A DNA stretch of 64,000 bases from an uncultured Chitinophagaceae bacterium (GCA_964527785.1 CAZGNO010000009.1:3268-67267), one strand, 5' to 3'; numbered from the stretch's first letter, positions 1-10,722 are shown. The notes: a model not told the origin generated them from the letters alone. Made by a program: numbers and translations.

Positions 1-540
1 ACTTCGGCAGTTAATTACGGCGTTTGGGGACAGTCCGCAAGTAGTATAGGAACGGGTGTTTACGCCGGAGCAACATCTACTAACGGAAAAAACTATGCAC
101 TCAGCGCGCAAGCTGTCAGTGATTCGGGGATCGCAGTCTATGGCGTAAATACAAATGTAAGTGCAGCAGCGTATGCCGGAAATTTCAAAGGTAAAGTGAA
201 TGTGAGCGGTGATATTACCAAAACATATTCTACAACAGCCGCTAATGCAGAACGACGTGCGATGCCCATATGCTACGGAACAGTAAGTGCCAATGGGGGA
301 GTTACTTCAGGAACTCCAAATTTCTCATGTAATTGGGATGGGGCGGGCTATTATGTGATTCAAATTGACGGTGAGAATTATAATGCTGCAAATTATACAA
401 CGGTAATCACACCTGTCGGTGGAAATCCGTTGATTGCCACATCAAATCCACTCTCTAACGCATTTCTTACCGTGAGAATTTTTAATTTGACAGGTGTGAA
501 TGTGCAGAACGGATTTAGTTTTATAGTGTATAAACCATAA
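1..540 (+). CDS. C-terminal fragment of a protein running in from upstream of the window (hypothetical; Gly/Ser/Thr/Asn-rich, probably secreted)
   Basis: Frame 1 is open from base 1 to the stop at 538-540 with no upstream stop, so the listed ORF 196..540 is the tail of a longer CDS. No recognisable catalytic motif. Confidence 0.4.
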   Translation, partial: TSAVNYGVWGQSASSIGTGVYAGATSTNGKNYALSAQAVSDSGIAVYGVNTNVSAAAYAGNFKGKVNVSGDITKTYSTTAANAERRAMPICYGTVSANGGVTSGTPNFSCNWDGAGYYVIQIDGENYNAANYTTVITPVGGNPLIATSNPLSNAFLTVRIFNLTGVNVQNGFSFIVYKP

Positions 541-618
541 TTTTTGATGATGAGAGAACGTGCTTAAATAATGAACGGAATCCAATAAATAAAGCATAAC
601 AAGAAAACAACTAAAGAT

Positions 619-3168
619 ATGAAACCAGTCGCAACGTATATTGTATCGGCAACACTTCCTCAGCGAATAGCTGCATTAAAAGAGCTTGCCTATAATTATT
701 GGTGGTGTTGGAATATTGACGCCCAGGAATTATTCGAACGAATAGATTTAGAACTGTGGGAAGAGGTAAGTCATAATCCTGTGGCTTTGCTTAACAGAGC
801 ACCACAGGCACACCTTCAATTGCTTGCTGAACAAGCGGATTTTGTGAGTTTCTTGGATTCTATCTACGAAAAATTCCGTGCATATATGGAGGCGCAAACG
901 TGGTATTCTTCGGTAGCAGCACAGCCAAATAATTACATCGCATACTTTAGTTTGGAATATGGAATCAACGAGAGTTTCCCCAATTATTCAGGTGGTTTAG
1001 GTGTTCTTGCAGGCGATCATTTGAAATCTGCCAGTGATCTCGGAGTACCCCTTATAGGCGTTGGACTTCTGTACCAGATGGGATATTTTCGCCAAAGTTT
1101 AACACAAAGCGGATGGCAAAAAGAAAGTTATTTTGAAAATGACTTTTATTCAATGCCAATGATGCTGATGAAAAACTCACAGGGTGAGGCACTCACTATT
1201 GATCTTGAGTATCCTCATGGGAAATTATTCGCACAAATCTGGAAAGTACAAGTAGGACGTACTCCCCTCTATCTTTTGGACACAAACATCCCTCAAAACA
1301 GTGCAAATCCTGAATATCGTGACATTACAGATCAGCTCTATGGCGGCAATACAGAAACTCGAATACAGCAAGAAATTCTTCTTGGAATAGGTGGTATTCG
1401 CGCATTGCGGGCTATAGGAATCAATCCGACAATCATTCATATCAATGAAGGTCATGCAGCTTTCGCTACCCTAGAGCGGACCCGTTTTTTGATGCATGAT
1501 TTTAATATGGATTTCTCAACTGCGATGGAATTAACCCATGCCGGGATGATTTTCACAACGCATACACCCGTTCCAGCCGGCAATGAGGTTTTCAGTTCGG
1601 GGCTGATGGATAAGTACTTTAGCGGGTATTGGCGTGTACTTGGAATTACTCGAGAGGATTTTCTTGCGCTTGGGAATATAGAACGCACTGCTACCGATAC
1701 ATTTTCGATGACTGTTCTTGCACTTCGTCTTTCTTCGTATCGAAATGGCGTAAGTCAGCTTCACGGTGATGTAGCACGCAAAATGTGGCAGGAACTTTGG
1801 AAAGATTTTCCTCAACAGGAAGTTCCAATTGGGGCTATTACCAACGGAGTTCATACGCTTACATGGATAGCTGGTGGCATGGGCGAATTGTACGACCGTT
1901 ATCTAACTCCACGTTGGCGAACCGAAACTGACGACCAATCACTATGGAGACGCGTGGATGCTATTCCGTCGGAAGAGCTGTGGCGTGTGCATCAAAGGTA
2001 TCGTGAACGTTTGGTACTGTTTGCCCGGAAATACTTGCAGAAAAAAATGGAAGGAAAGGTTGCGCCTCAGCAACTGGCATTGGTAAATCAGTATCTTAAT
2101 CCCGATGCCCTTACAATTGGGTTTGCTAGAAGGTTTGCTACGTACAAACGTGCCACTTTGCTCTTTAGTGATATGGAACGATTGAAGGCAATACTTACCA
2201 ACCCATTAAAACCTGTACAGATAATTCTTGCCGGCAAAGCGCATCCCCATGATACCGCCGGCAAAGAAATGATTCAAGCGATTATCCATAATGTTCGGCA
2301 ACATGGCTTAGAGCATTACGTGGTTTTTCTTGAAGATTACAGCATGGCTATTGCACGTGCAATGGTTAAGGGTAGTGATATTTGGCTCAATACCCCGCGC
2401 CGTCCGCACGAAGCAAGCGGAACAAGCGGTATGAAAGCCGGACTCAACGGATGTCTTCACGTCAGTGTGCTTGACGGATGGTGGGATGAGGGCTATACGA
2501 ATGACAATGGTTTTGCAATCGGACTTGGTGAGGACTATCCCAATCGTAGTGACCAAGATACAATGGAAGCATTGCTTCTCTATGACCTCTTGGAGCAAGT
2601 AATTATTCCTACTTTTTTTGACCGTCCCAAAAATCGTATGCCTCATGATTGGGTCGCAAGAATGAAAGCATCTATCCGGAGTGTAGCCGGAAAATTCTCA
2701 ACAACGCGGATGGTGAGAGATTATGCAAAGAACTTCTATCTTCCTGCAATGGAGCGTTCTCGTGTGCTTGCAGCAAGTAATGGGGAGCAGGCGCGTGCTT
2801 TGCGTGATTGGAAGCTACGCATACTCGCTGAATGGAAGAATGTAAAGGTACAGAATGTTCATCTTGAGGGCATTGGTGAAGCATATGTAGGTAATCATAT
2901 CGAGGTGTATGCAACTGTCGAACTTGGTGCACTTTCTCCAAATGATGTTTTGGTAGAGGGGTATTATGGAAGTGTGGATTCACACGGTAATATTGCCGAA
3001 CCGAAAGTAATTACACTCCAAATGAAAAGTGCTGCAAACGGGGTGTTTTATTATCAAGGCGGGTATGAGTCCATATCCGGCGGTGTAAAGGGGTGCACCG
3101 TGCGTGTCCTGCCATTCAACAGATTGATAGCCGACAAAGCTGATATGGGTGTGTGCGCTTGGGCATAG
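619..3168 (+). CDS. glgP: alpha-glucan (glycogen/maltodextrin) phosphorylase, GT35 family, glgP-type with DUF3417-like N-terminus
   Basis: 849 aa. N-terminal YNYWWCWN... segment typical of the alpha-glucan phosphorylase family, EGHAAF motif, and the PLP-lysine motif TSGMKAGLNG. RBS-like AAAGA is upstream. Confidence 0.9.
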   Translation: MKPVATYIVSATLPQRIAALKELAYNYWWCWNIDAQELFERIDLELWEEVSHNPVALLNRAPQAHLQLLAEQADFVSFLDSIYEKFRAYMEAQTWYSSVAAQPNNYIAYFSLEYGINESFPNYSGGLGVLAGDHLKSASDLGVPLIGVGLLYQMGYFRQSLTQSGWQKESYFENDFYSMPMMLMKNSQGEALTIDLEYPHGKLFAQIWKVQVGRTPLYLLDTNIPQNSANPEYRDITDQLYGGNTETRIQQEILLGIGGIRALRAIGINPTIIHINEGHAAFATLERTRFLMHDFNMDFSTAMELTHAGMIFTTHTPVPAGNEVFSSGLMDKYFSGYWRVLGITREDFLALGNIERTATDTFSMTVLALRLSSYRNGVSQLHGDVARKMWQELWKDFPQQEVPIGAITNGVHTLTWIAGGMGELYDRYLTPRWRTETDDQSLWRRVDAIPSEELWRVHQRYRERLVLFARKYLQKKMEGKVAPQQLALVNQYLNPDALTIGFARRFATYKRATLLFSDMERLKAILTNPLKPVQIILAGKAHPHDTAGKEMIQAIIHNVRQHGLEHYVVFLEDYSMAIARAMVKGSDIWLNTPRRPHEASGTSGMKAGLNGCLHVSVLDGWWDEGYTNDNGFAIGLGEDYPNRSDQDTMEALLLYDLLEQVIIPTFFDRPKNRMPHDWVARMKASIRSVAGKFSTTRMVRDYAKNFYLPAMERSRVLAASNGEQARALRDWKLRILAEWKNVKVQNVHLEGIGEAYVGNHIEVYATVELGALSPNDVLVEGYYGSVDSHGNIAEPKVITLQMKSAANGVFYYQGGYESISGGVKGCTVRVLPFNRLIADKADMGVCAWA

Positions 3169-3171
3169 AGT

Positions 3172-4608
3172 TTATAGCTTTATACAAATATTCTTTGGTT
3201 CAGTAAAAAATTTAAGTGCCTCAAAGCCGCCTTCGCGACCTACACCTGAATGTTTTACTCCGCCAAACGGAGTGCGAAGGTCGCGTACCATCCAGCAATT
3301 TATCCAGACGATTCCGCTCTGCAGATTTGCTGCAACTCTATGTGCTCTGGATAAATTTTCCGTCCAAATAACGGCAGCAAGTCCGTAATTGGTGGAATTT
3401 GCCATGGCGAGTACTTCTTCTTCGGTTTCAAAGGGAATAAGAGTAGCTACCGGACCGAATATTTCTTCCTGATTAGTGCGGCAGTCATGCGGTAATCCCT
3501 CAATAACGGTCGGCTCGATAAACCAGCCGCCTTTGCAGCGTCCTTTGAGACTTACTGCTTTACCTCCGCTAAGAACCGTCCCACCTTCTTCCTTCGCTAA
3601 CTCGATATACGATAGGACTTTTTCAAAATGCGCCTTCGAGACGAGTGCACCTTGTTTGCTGGTAATTTCTAGTGGGTCACCGACCGTAAATTTACTTACA
3701 TTGTCGAGAAACTCCTCTTTGAAAGCATCGTAAATTGACTTTTGTACGAATATCCGCGAACCGCACAAGCATATTTCACCCTGATTTGTAAATGCAGCAC
3801 GGGCAGATTGCAGGGCAGCTTCTTCGATATTACAATCGTCAAAAATGATATTAGGATTCTTCCCGCCTAGTTCGAGTGAAAGTTTCTTGAACATCGGTGC
3901 AGCTGTTCGGGCAATGGCTGCACCTGTTTTAGTTCCACCGGTAAACGAGATTGCATGAATATCTAGATGCTCGGTAATTGCTGCTCCTACTTTTGTTCCT
4001 AGACCGTGAACAATGTTCAATACCCCCGGCGGCATACCGGCTTTTTGACAAATTTCAGCAAGAAGATACGCAGTCATTGGTGTAAGCTCAGAGGGTTTGG
4101 CTATCACGCAATTGCCCGAGGCAAGAGCAGGAGCAATTTTCCATGAGAATAGATACAGTGGAAGATTCCATGGGGAAATACACCCTACGATACCAATCGG
4201 ACTGCGGAGTGTATAATTAAGATGCTGACTGGTGGCATGAGTTTCAGAGGCGAAGTGTAGGATTTCCGTACCGAAAAAATGGAAATTCTGTGCTGCGCGA
4301 GGAATATCCATTGCTTTCGAGAGCCAAAGCGGTTTCCCTTGGTCAATTGTTTCTGCAGCAGCAAATCTTTCTAAGTGAAGCATGAGAAAATCCGCTATGC
4401 GGAGCATGATTTCCGAGCGTTTTTCTACAGACATAGCCGACCATACAGGCAGTGCTTCTTGCGCTGCGCGAACAGCCAATTCCACATCGCGAGCATCAGA
4501 ATCAGGAACAAGTGAGTAAACATTACCCGTTGCAGGTTCATAATTATCCAAATAACCCCCGCCCACCGGCTTGAGAAATTCACCGCCTATATAATTACTG
4601 ATGGTATT
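3172..4608 (-). CDS. NAD(P)-dependent aldehyde dehydrogenase
   Basis: ALDH hallmarks are present: ELGGKNP (Glu active-site region), GQICLCGSRIF (catalytic Cys), and FTGGTKTG and GTVLSGG segments. The likely true start is MNTISNYIGGEF at 4608, so the ORF-track start at 4665 probably over-extends. Confidence 0.85.
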   Translation of the reverse strand, partial: NTISNYIGGEFLKPVGGGYLDNYEPATGNVYSLVPDSDARDVELAVRAAQEALPVWSAMSVEKRSEIMLRIADFLMLHLERFAAAETIDQGKPLWLSKAMDIPRAAQNFHFFGTEILHFASETHATSQHLNYTLRSPIGIVGCISPWNLPLYLFSWKIAPALASGNCVIAKPSELTPMTAYLLAEICQKAGMPPGVLNIVHGLGTKVGAAITEHLDIHAISFTGGTKTGAAIARTAAPMFKKLSLELGGKNPNIIFDDCNIEEAALQSARAAFTNQGEICLCGSRIFVQKSIYDAFKEEFLDNVSKFTVGDPLEITSKQGALVSKAHFEKVLSYIELAKEEGGTVLSGGKAVSLKGRCKGGWFIEPTVIEGLPHDCRTNQEEIFGPVATLIPFETEEEVLAMANSTNYGLAAVIWTENLSRAHRVAANLQSGIVWINCWMVRDLRTPFGGVKHSGVGREGGFEALKFFTEPKNICIKL

Positions 4609-4965
4609 CATAATGGTATAGTTAGTAGTGCATAAAATTAACCGGAATATGCCCATCCTTTTCAAATAAACATACTCGACTCCTAGTGCAAATTACACAA
4701 ATTTTGAGAAAATTACTGCCCAAAGCTATTGTAAAGCGTTTGTAATTTGTAGGATAGAAAGCCATTCATAGTTATAGAATGACAGTTGTGATTGCCAAAG
4801 ACATACTGTCATCATCAGAAAATTATTATTTTTTATCAAAATCCAATCCTGATAATAGCTCGTATAATGCTTCAAAAGGACAGTTTGGCACACGCAAATC
4901 AAAAAAACAACAGTGTGTGTAAAGTCTTATATATTATTTATTTATTATTTTTATTGAGGTATTTT

Positions 4966-7038
4966 ATGAGTATGTTCTCTAAGTTTTGGAGCAGCCGTTT
5001 GCTTATTGCTCTTGGAGTGATTGCATCAACAATATTGGTTGTTGCATCATCCCACCGCGAAGCCCCGCTTATCAGTAATGATCCGCTCGCCGACAATACA
5101 GATCTCTACGCATTTCGCTGTCCTGACGACACGAATTCGATAGCGATAATTGCTAACTACATTCCGTTTGAATTGCCGGAAGGCGGACCGAACTATGCAT
5201 CTTTCGGTGAGAATGTCCGCTATGAAATTCATGTTGATAATGATGCTGCTAAAGTGGGTGATGAAATTACCTACCGCTTTACATTCAGCAAAGTAAACGA
5301 AGACCCTACTACGTTTTTCAATATACGTTTAGGAAAAGAGAATCTAAAAACATCATATATATGTGAGCGTTCAATAGACGGCGGTCAAACATTCACAACG
5401 ATTGTATCGAACGGTACTGTACCTCCGTCAAATATCGGACCTCGTTCCATCGAAGGTGCTGCAGGGCTGGGTAAGCCATATTCTACACTCATGGCAAATG
5501 CTATCACAACAGCATCATCCGGCGAAACGGTATTCTGCGGTCCGGTTGATGATCCGTTTTTCGTTGACCTCGGCGGTATTTTCGATTTAGGTCAAACCCG
5601 TAAAAGAGACGGTATGGGTGCCGATAAAGCACGCGATGCGGTAGCAGGGTTTAATTGTCATGCAATTGCTCTCAAAATTCCGATTGCAACATTGCAAAAA
5701 GATAAGAAATCGGTTTCAATGGCAAAAAATATTCTAGACGGGGATTTTGTAATCGGAGTATGGGCTTCTGCTTCTCGTCCAAAAATCACAACACTCCGCA
5801 CTGATGGCGGCAAGCCGGATGTAAGCGGTGAATGGGTGCAGATTTCACGCGTCGGAATGCCACTTACAAACGAAGCGGTAATTCCTGTTGGTGACAAAGA
5901 CCGTTGGAATTCCGGCTCTCCGTATGACAATGCGAAAGAGCTTTCGTATGCAAAATATTTTGTAAATCCTGAGCTTGCACTTTATATGGACGACAGTCAG
6001 TTCGGTTCGGCAGTTCCTGCTATGGCTGCACTGCGTATTCAATCGAAATCTCTTGGTTCGTTTGATTTCCGTAACGGCAAAGATGGTTTATATGGTTTGA
6101 AAGCTACAAACGGCGGTGTAGGCGGAGCATTGGATACCGCTTTATTTGGTAATATCTTATTGCAACCTAACTCTCCCCGTTCGGTTGATTTGCTCCCGAT
6201 ATTCTATACCGGCGCACCGAACCTCAAACCATATCAATTGGCTACAGGAAAGAACGGCAACCCACTCGCCGAAGGTAAGCCGTTCATTAATAACTTCTTG
6301 CCGACTCTCTGCGATGAATTACGCTTGAATATGGCTGTACCGCCTACTCCGCGCGACAGCAAAGACTTCTCGACACTCGGTTTGATACAGGCAGCAGTTC
6401 TTGGACTTACAGACCCCCGTTTTAATACCGATGCTTCATTGCAGGCAATTCCAAATATGGACGGTTTCCCTAATGGTCGCCGTTTGGAAGACGATGTAAC
6501 GACTATCGAGCTTCAAGCAGTATCAGGTGCTGTACTTGCAGCAATTGGTTTGTGGTATGACGATTATACGCCCGGTCAGTCGCCATCGCCCGTTACAGCT
6601 AATCTATTAAAAGTAATAACCTATAATGCCGGTCCTGACAAAAACGACAAGCCGTTCGTAAAGCAGTTCCCGTATATGGCAGAAGCTCACAGAGGATATG
6701 ACTATACCAAAATGGTAACTAAAGTAAACGAAGGGGAAATACCTCAAAGTATCGGTGTGTCTGCTCCTGCCGGATTCTTTATCGGCAGCAACTATCCTAA
6801 TCCTACAAATACTTCTTCATCGTTGCGGTTCCATATCGCTCAAAGCGGTCGTGCTGCGGTTAAAATATTTGATACCAATGGTAATTTGGTAGCGGTAGTG
6901 TTCGATCAGAATGTGACAAATGGCGATTTCGATGCAGTATGGAATCCTGCTGACGGAGTTGCAAATGGAGCATATATGGCATCGTTGCAATTGAACGGTC
7001 GCCAGTTATCTTCATCGAAGATAATTGTTTCCCGCTAA
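4966..7038 (+). CDS. secreted DUF4331-like protein with a T9SS (Por) C-terminal sorting domain
   Basis: Start chosen at MSMFSKF (4966), giving a signal/TM segment followed by the SSHREAPLISNDP motif remembered from DUF4331 proteins. The last ~80 aa (SNYPNPTNTSSSLRFHIAQ...ASLQLNGRQ...IIVSR) look like a TIGR04183-type T9SS C-terminal domain. Confidence 0.6.
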   Translation: MSMFSKFWSSRLLIALGVIASTILVVASSHREAPLISNDPLADNTDLYAFRCPDDTNSIAIIANYIPFELPEGGPNYASFGENVRYEIHVDNDAAKVGDEITYRFTFSKVNEDPTTFFNIRLGKENLKTSYICERSIDGGQTFTTIVSNGTVPPSNIGPRSIEGAAGLGKPYSTLMANAITTASSGETVFCGPVDDPFFVDLGGIFDLGQTRKRDGMGADKARDAVAGFNCHAIALKIPIATLQKDKKSVSMAKNILDGDFVIGVWASASRPKITTLRTDGGKPDVSGEWVQISRVGMPLTNEAVIPVGDKDRWNSGSPYDNAKELSYAKYFVNPELALYMDDSQFGSAVPAMAALRIQSKSLGSFDFRNGKDGLYGLKATNGGVGGALDTALFGNILLQPNSPRSVDLLPIFYTGAPNLKPYQLATGKNGNPLAEGKPFINNFLPTLCDELRLNMAVPPTPRDSKDFSTLGLIQAAVLGLTDPRFNTDASLQAIPNMDGFPNGRRLEDDVTTIELQAVSGAVLAAIGLWYDDYTPGQSPSPVTANLLKVITYNAGPDKNDKPFVKQFPYMAEAHRGYDYTKMVTKVNEGEIPQSIGVSAPAGFFIGSNYPNPTNTSSSLRFHIAQSGRAAVKIFDTNGNLVAVVFDQNVTNGDFDAVWNPADGVANGAYMASLQLNGRQLSSSKIIVSR

Positions 7039-7073
7039 ACAGTTTAACTGCTTCTCTCGGAATATTCGGCAAA

Positions 7074-7107
7074 CCCTCTCTTCCTTTGCTTCTAAAGGAA
7101 GAGAGGG
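7074..7107 (+). terminator. GC-rich stem-loop (14-bp perfect stem CCCTCTCTTCCTTT / AAAGGAAGAGAGGG) downstream of the DUF4331-like gene
   Basis: The inverted repeat is seen directly. There is no strong T-tract, so it may be a terminator or an RNA-stability hairpin. Confidence 0.4.
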
Positions 7108-7163
7108 GAAACCGAGTCAAAAGTCTACGTATGATAATCACTCACTATTTATATCAATCATAT

Positions 7164-8438
7164 ATGAAAACGCTTGTTCTATTCCTGATCATTTCTTTGA
7201 CTGTTGCTTCCTGTAATAAATTAGGTTCGTTAAAATCGTTCGTTCCTGCCGAACTAAAGCAGCGCAGAGCCGGTTTGTATGCTGAAGACTTTGCCGTTCA
7301 ACTAAAAAAATACAATGATGCAACATCAAAAATCAAAGCAAATCCAAATGAAGTAAAATCTTATTGCGCTCTTGCCAAAGTGTTCATGTATGAAGCAAAA
7401 GTAACAGGTGAGCATCCGTATTATTATCCGGCTGCTATGGCTTGTTTGGAAGAAGCGATTTCCAAAGACAAGCAGAATCCGGAGGCATTGATTTTGAAGA
7501 CAAGTGTATTACTGTCACTGCACCATTTCGGCGAAGCAAAAGAACTTGCTGTGCAAATCAGTAGTTTGAGTATAGCGGCATCAGCAGTCTACGGTATGCT
7601 ATGTGACGCTAATGTTGAACTCGGAAACTACGATGAGGCAGTCCAAGACGTTGATAAAATGATGAGTCTGCGTCCCGGACTGGAGGCATACGCACGTGCT
7701 TCGTATCTGCGAGAAATTACAGGAGATAATGAGGGTGCGGTTGAAGCAATGAAGATGGCAGTTCAGGCAGGTTTGCCCGGAACGGAAGATGCAGCATGGA
7801 CACGGGTTACGCTTGGCAACTTATATTACCACCAAGGTAAAATATCGGAAGCGGAAGGTCAGTATTTGATTGCACGGCTCGAACGGAAAAACTATCCTTT
7901 TGCAATTGCCGGACTTGCTAATGTATATAAATCACAGAAGCGGTATGATGAAGCTGCTCTGTTGCTAGATACAGCTTTGATGATGATTCCCGAAGTAGCA
8001 TTTTTAGAGAGAAAAACTGAAATTGAACAAGAGCGCGGAAATAAAAAAGCAGTAGATTCATTGCTCACTATCATACAGACGATGATGGATGAAGATGAAC
8101 AGGCAGGGCATATCAACCACGCCGAAAGAGCAATCCTGTACTCAAAAAACAACTTTAAAAATGATGAAGCTCTCAAGCACGCAGAAATAGAAATAAAACA
8201 ACGTCCAAATAATATAACCACACAATATGCGATGGCATATTCACTGTACAGAAGTAATCGCCAAGCAGAAGCTAAGGAATACATAAACAGGGCACTGCGC
8301 ATGAATTCCAAGGATGCGGAAATGCTGACTCTTGCCGCAAGCATCGAAGAAGCAATTGGAAATACACCCGAAGCAGTGAAGTATATGGCACTTGCAAAAA
8401 TTGCCAACCCGGTATTTATGCCGATAATTCTTAATTAA
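7164..8438 (+). CDS. TPR-repeat lipoprotein
   Basis: Start at MKTLVLFLIISLTVASCNK (lipobox VASC). Multiple TPR-like helical repeats with A/L/Y-rich 34-residue periodicity. The ORF-track start at 7086 is probably too early. Confidence 0.6.
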   Translation: MKTLVLFLIISLTVASCNKLGSLKSFVPAELKQRRAGLYAEDFAVQLKKYNDATSKIKANPNEVKSYCALAKVFMYEAKVTGEHPYYYPAAMACLEEAISKDKQNPEALILKTSVLLSLHHFGEAKELAVQISSLSIAASAVYGMLCDANVELGNYDEAVQDVDKMMSLRPGLEAYARASYLREITGDNEGAVEAMKMAVQAGLPGTEDAAWTRVTLGNLYYHQGKISEAEGQYLIARLERKNYPFAIAGLANVYKSQKRYDEAALLLDTALMMIPEVAFLERKTEIEQERGNKKAVDSLLTIIQTMMDEDEQAGHINHAERAILYSKNNFKNDEALKHAEIEIKQRPNNITTQYAMAYSLYRSNRQAEAKEYINRALRMNSKDAEMLTLAASIEEAIGNTPEAVKYMALAKIANPVFMPIILN

Positions 8439-8491
8439 GTCATCTCAGTGAAAATGTCTGTATCATGAGCATTGAATGTAATTGTTCCGTA

Positions 8492-8560
8492 TAATCCCTT
8501 TAGGGATTAAATGTTTATAGCAATTGCAACGAATGTAAACGTTCGACCCCGATGGGGTCG
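8492..8560 (+). other. cluster of three short hairpins in the 250-bp leader upstream of the TonB-dependent receptor gene
   Basis: TAATCCC-TTTA-GGGATTA; CGAATGT-AA-ACGTTCG; CGACCCC-GAT-GGGGTCG. Could be a terminator for the TPR gene and/or a structured 5' leader. Confidence 0.3.
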
Positions 8561-8685
8561 TATAGGGTTCGTAATATCTTTTTCTATAAATATCTGAATC
8601 CTTCAGAATCACTGCTAGACTATTTCCCTGTCTCTCAAAATTCAGGCAACTATTAAATTTCAGAATATACTCTTTCCTGTTTCAC

Positions 8686-10722
8686 ATGAAAACATTTATA
8701 CTTATTATTATCTTTCTTGGTAGTTCAGGTATTATCTTTTCCCAAAGTACATTACCAAAGAAATCAGAAGAAAGGTATAATGATACAACATCATTCAAAA
8801 CAGAAACCGTAGTTATTAATGCTGATAGAATTTACTCTGCTGCTACCGATCAAACATTCCGCTTACAGAATTTGAATCTTCTTCCCCGATCATCATCGCA
8901 GGACATTTTGCGTATTGTTCCGGGATTGATAACAGCGCAGCACGCAGGCGGAGGAAAGGCAGAGCAAATTTTCTTGAGGGGTTTTGATTGCGATCACGGT
9001 ACGGACGTAAATATAAAAGTAGATGGTGCACCCGTAAATATGGTATCGCACGGACACGGTCAGGGATATGCTGATTTACATTTTATTATTCCAGAAACTA
9101 TCGAACGTGTAGAAGTGGTGAAGGGACCTTATTTTGCAAGTTACGGCGATTTGACAACGGCAGGAGCCGTTACGTTCAGAACCGCCGATACCCTTGCAAA
9201 TAATATCATTAAAGCTGAAGCGGGTTCATTCAGTACATTTCGCGGACTGGGATTATTTACCACATCAATCGGTGCAACTAAAACGTATGGTGGAGCAGAA
9301 TTATTCTCATCCCGCAGTTTCTTTGACGCTCCTCAAAATTTTTCACGTGTGAATTATATCGGTAAAACGTACACACCGATTTCAGATAACTCAATTCTTA
9401 CTGCCTCAATAATGGGCTTTAGTTCACGATGGGATGCAAGCGGTCAGATACCACAGAGAGCAGTCGAAAGCGGATTGATTACTCGCTTTGGAACAATTGA
9501 CCCCAACGAAGGTGGAAACACCAATCGCACCACTCTGCAACTTGCTCTGGAAACCAAGGGTGAATCACCAATGAAGCTCAGTGCATCGTTTACCGATTAC
9601 CAATTTCAATTATTCAGTAATTTCACATTCTTTGCAATTGATTCCGTTCGGGGAGATATGATTGAGCAGACTGACAACCGTTCGGTAATCTATATTCGAG
9701 GTGAAAAGGATTTCTTCTCGCTTTTTGGGTCAGTCGGAATGAAAACAAAGTTTGGTGCTGATATGCGTAATGATAATATCCGTGCAGCATTGTACCATAA
9801 TCATGCACGTACACGGCTCGAAACAACGCGGGATAATAAAATCAACCAAACCAATGTTGGTGTATTCGCTGAGAATTCGTTTCTGTTTTCTGATCTCAGT
9901 ATTCAGCTTGGACTGCGTGGTGATTATATTGGTTTTAATGTCCAAAATATTGCTCAGCAGGGGGGAGGCGCGCACGGTACTTCAAATAAGTTTGTCGTCT
10001 CACCCAAGGCAAACGTATCATTGGCGGTAAGTGAAAATGCTTCATTGTTTTTTAATTCAGGTTTCGGGTTTCACTCAAATGACGCACGGGTTGCTGTGAG
10101 CAAAACAAACGGTAACACTGTCCCGCGAGCATTCGGTTCGGAAATCGGCGCACGGTGGACTGGTGAAAGAATCTCTGTTTCCACAGATGCGTGGCTGCTG
10201 GATTTGGAAAATGAATTTATCTGGATTGGTGACGAAGGAACTACGGAAGAAGCAGGGCGTTCACGCAGGATTGGGATTGATGTAGAGCTGCGATACAATA
10301 CTACCGATTGGCTGACAGTAGGTACTGAACTGACAATGTCAAAAGGACGGCTTCTCGATTTACCGGAAGGTGAGAATTTTATAGCACTTGCACCAAATAT
10401 TACTATGACTGCATTTACTACATTCAAGTTTGACGAATTCAGTACGGCTCTCCGGTTGCGCCATATCGGTTCGCGTCCGGCGAATGAAGATAATTCACTG
10501 ACAGCTACGGGGTATTCCATACTCGACCTTACCGCTGTAGTTCCAGTATCGGATAATTTCGATTTGACATTTCAATTCGAGAATATGCTAAATTCTCAGT
10601 GGCGGGAGGCACAGTTCGACACTTCCAGTCGCTTGCCGAATGAACCGGTAGCAGTTTCAGAGGTGAATTACACGCCGGGCACTCCGGCTAGTATTAGAAT
10701 GGGTGTTAGTGCAAAGTTTTGA
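8686..10722 (+). CDS. TonB-dependent outer-membrane receptor
   Basis: Signal peptide followed by a plug domain (IFLRGF...VDGAPVN...IERVEVVKGPYFASYGDLTTAGAVTFRT). Long beta-barrel region ending in a terminal aromatic residue (...SAKF). Confidence 0.8.
   Translation: MKTFILIIIFLGSSGIIFSQSTLPKKSEERYNDTTSFKTETVVINADRIYSAATDQTFRLQNLNLLPRSSSQDILRIVPGLITAQHAGGGKAEQIFLRGFDCDHGTDVNIKVDGAPVNMVSHGHGQGYADLHFIIPETIERVEVVKGPYFASYGDLTTAGAVTFRTADTLANNIIKAEAGSFSTFRGLGLFTTSIGATKTYGGAELFSSRSFFDAPQNFSRVNYIGKTYTPISDNSILTASIMGFSSRWDASGQIPQRAVESGLITRFGTIDPNEGGNTNRTTLQLALETKGESPMKLSASFTDYQFQLFSNFTFFAIDSVRGDMIEQTDNRSVIYIRGEKDFFSLFGSVGMKTKFGADMRNDNIRAALYHNHARTRLETTRDNKINQTNVGVFAENSFLFSDLSIQLGLRGDYIGFNVQNIAQQGGGAHGTSNKFVVSPKANVSLAVSENASLFFNSGFGFHSNDARVAVSKTNGNTVPRAFGSEIGARWTGERISVSTDAWLLDLENEFIWIGDEGTTEEAGRSRRIGIDVELRYNTTDWLTVGTELTMSKGRLLDLPEGENFIALAPNITMTAFTTFKFDEFSTALRLRHIGSRPANEDNSLTATGYSILDLTAVVPVSDNFDLTFQFENMLNSQWREAQFDTSSRLPNEPVAVSEVNYTPGTPASIRMGVSAKF

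Noticed and set aside
1225-2983. Several minus-strand ORFs of 76-112 aa inside glgP
   Set aside because: They lie antisense within a well-supported 849-aa phosphorylase CDS, have no RBS and no motifs, and are classic shadow ORFs.
3149-3733. Plus-strand ORFs of 79 and 85 aa overlapping the aldehyde dehydrogenase gene
   Set aside because: They lie antisense to a strongly supported ALDH CDS with its catalytic motifs intact.
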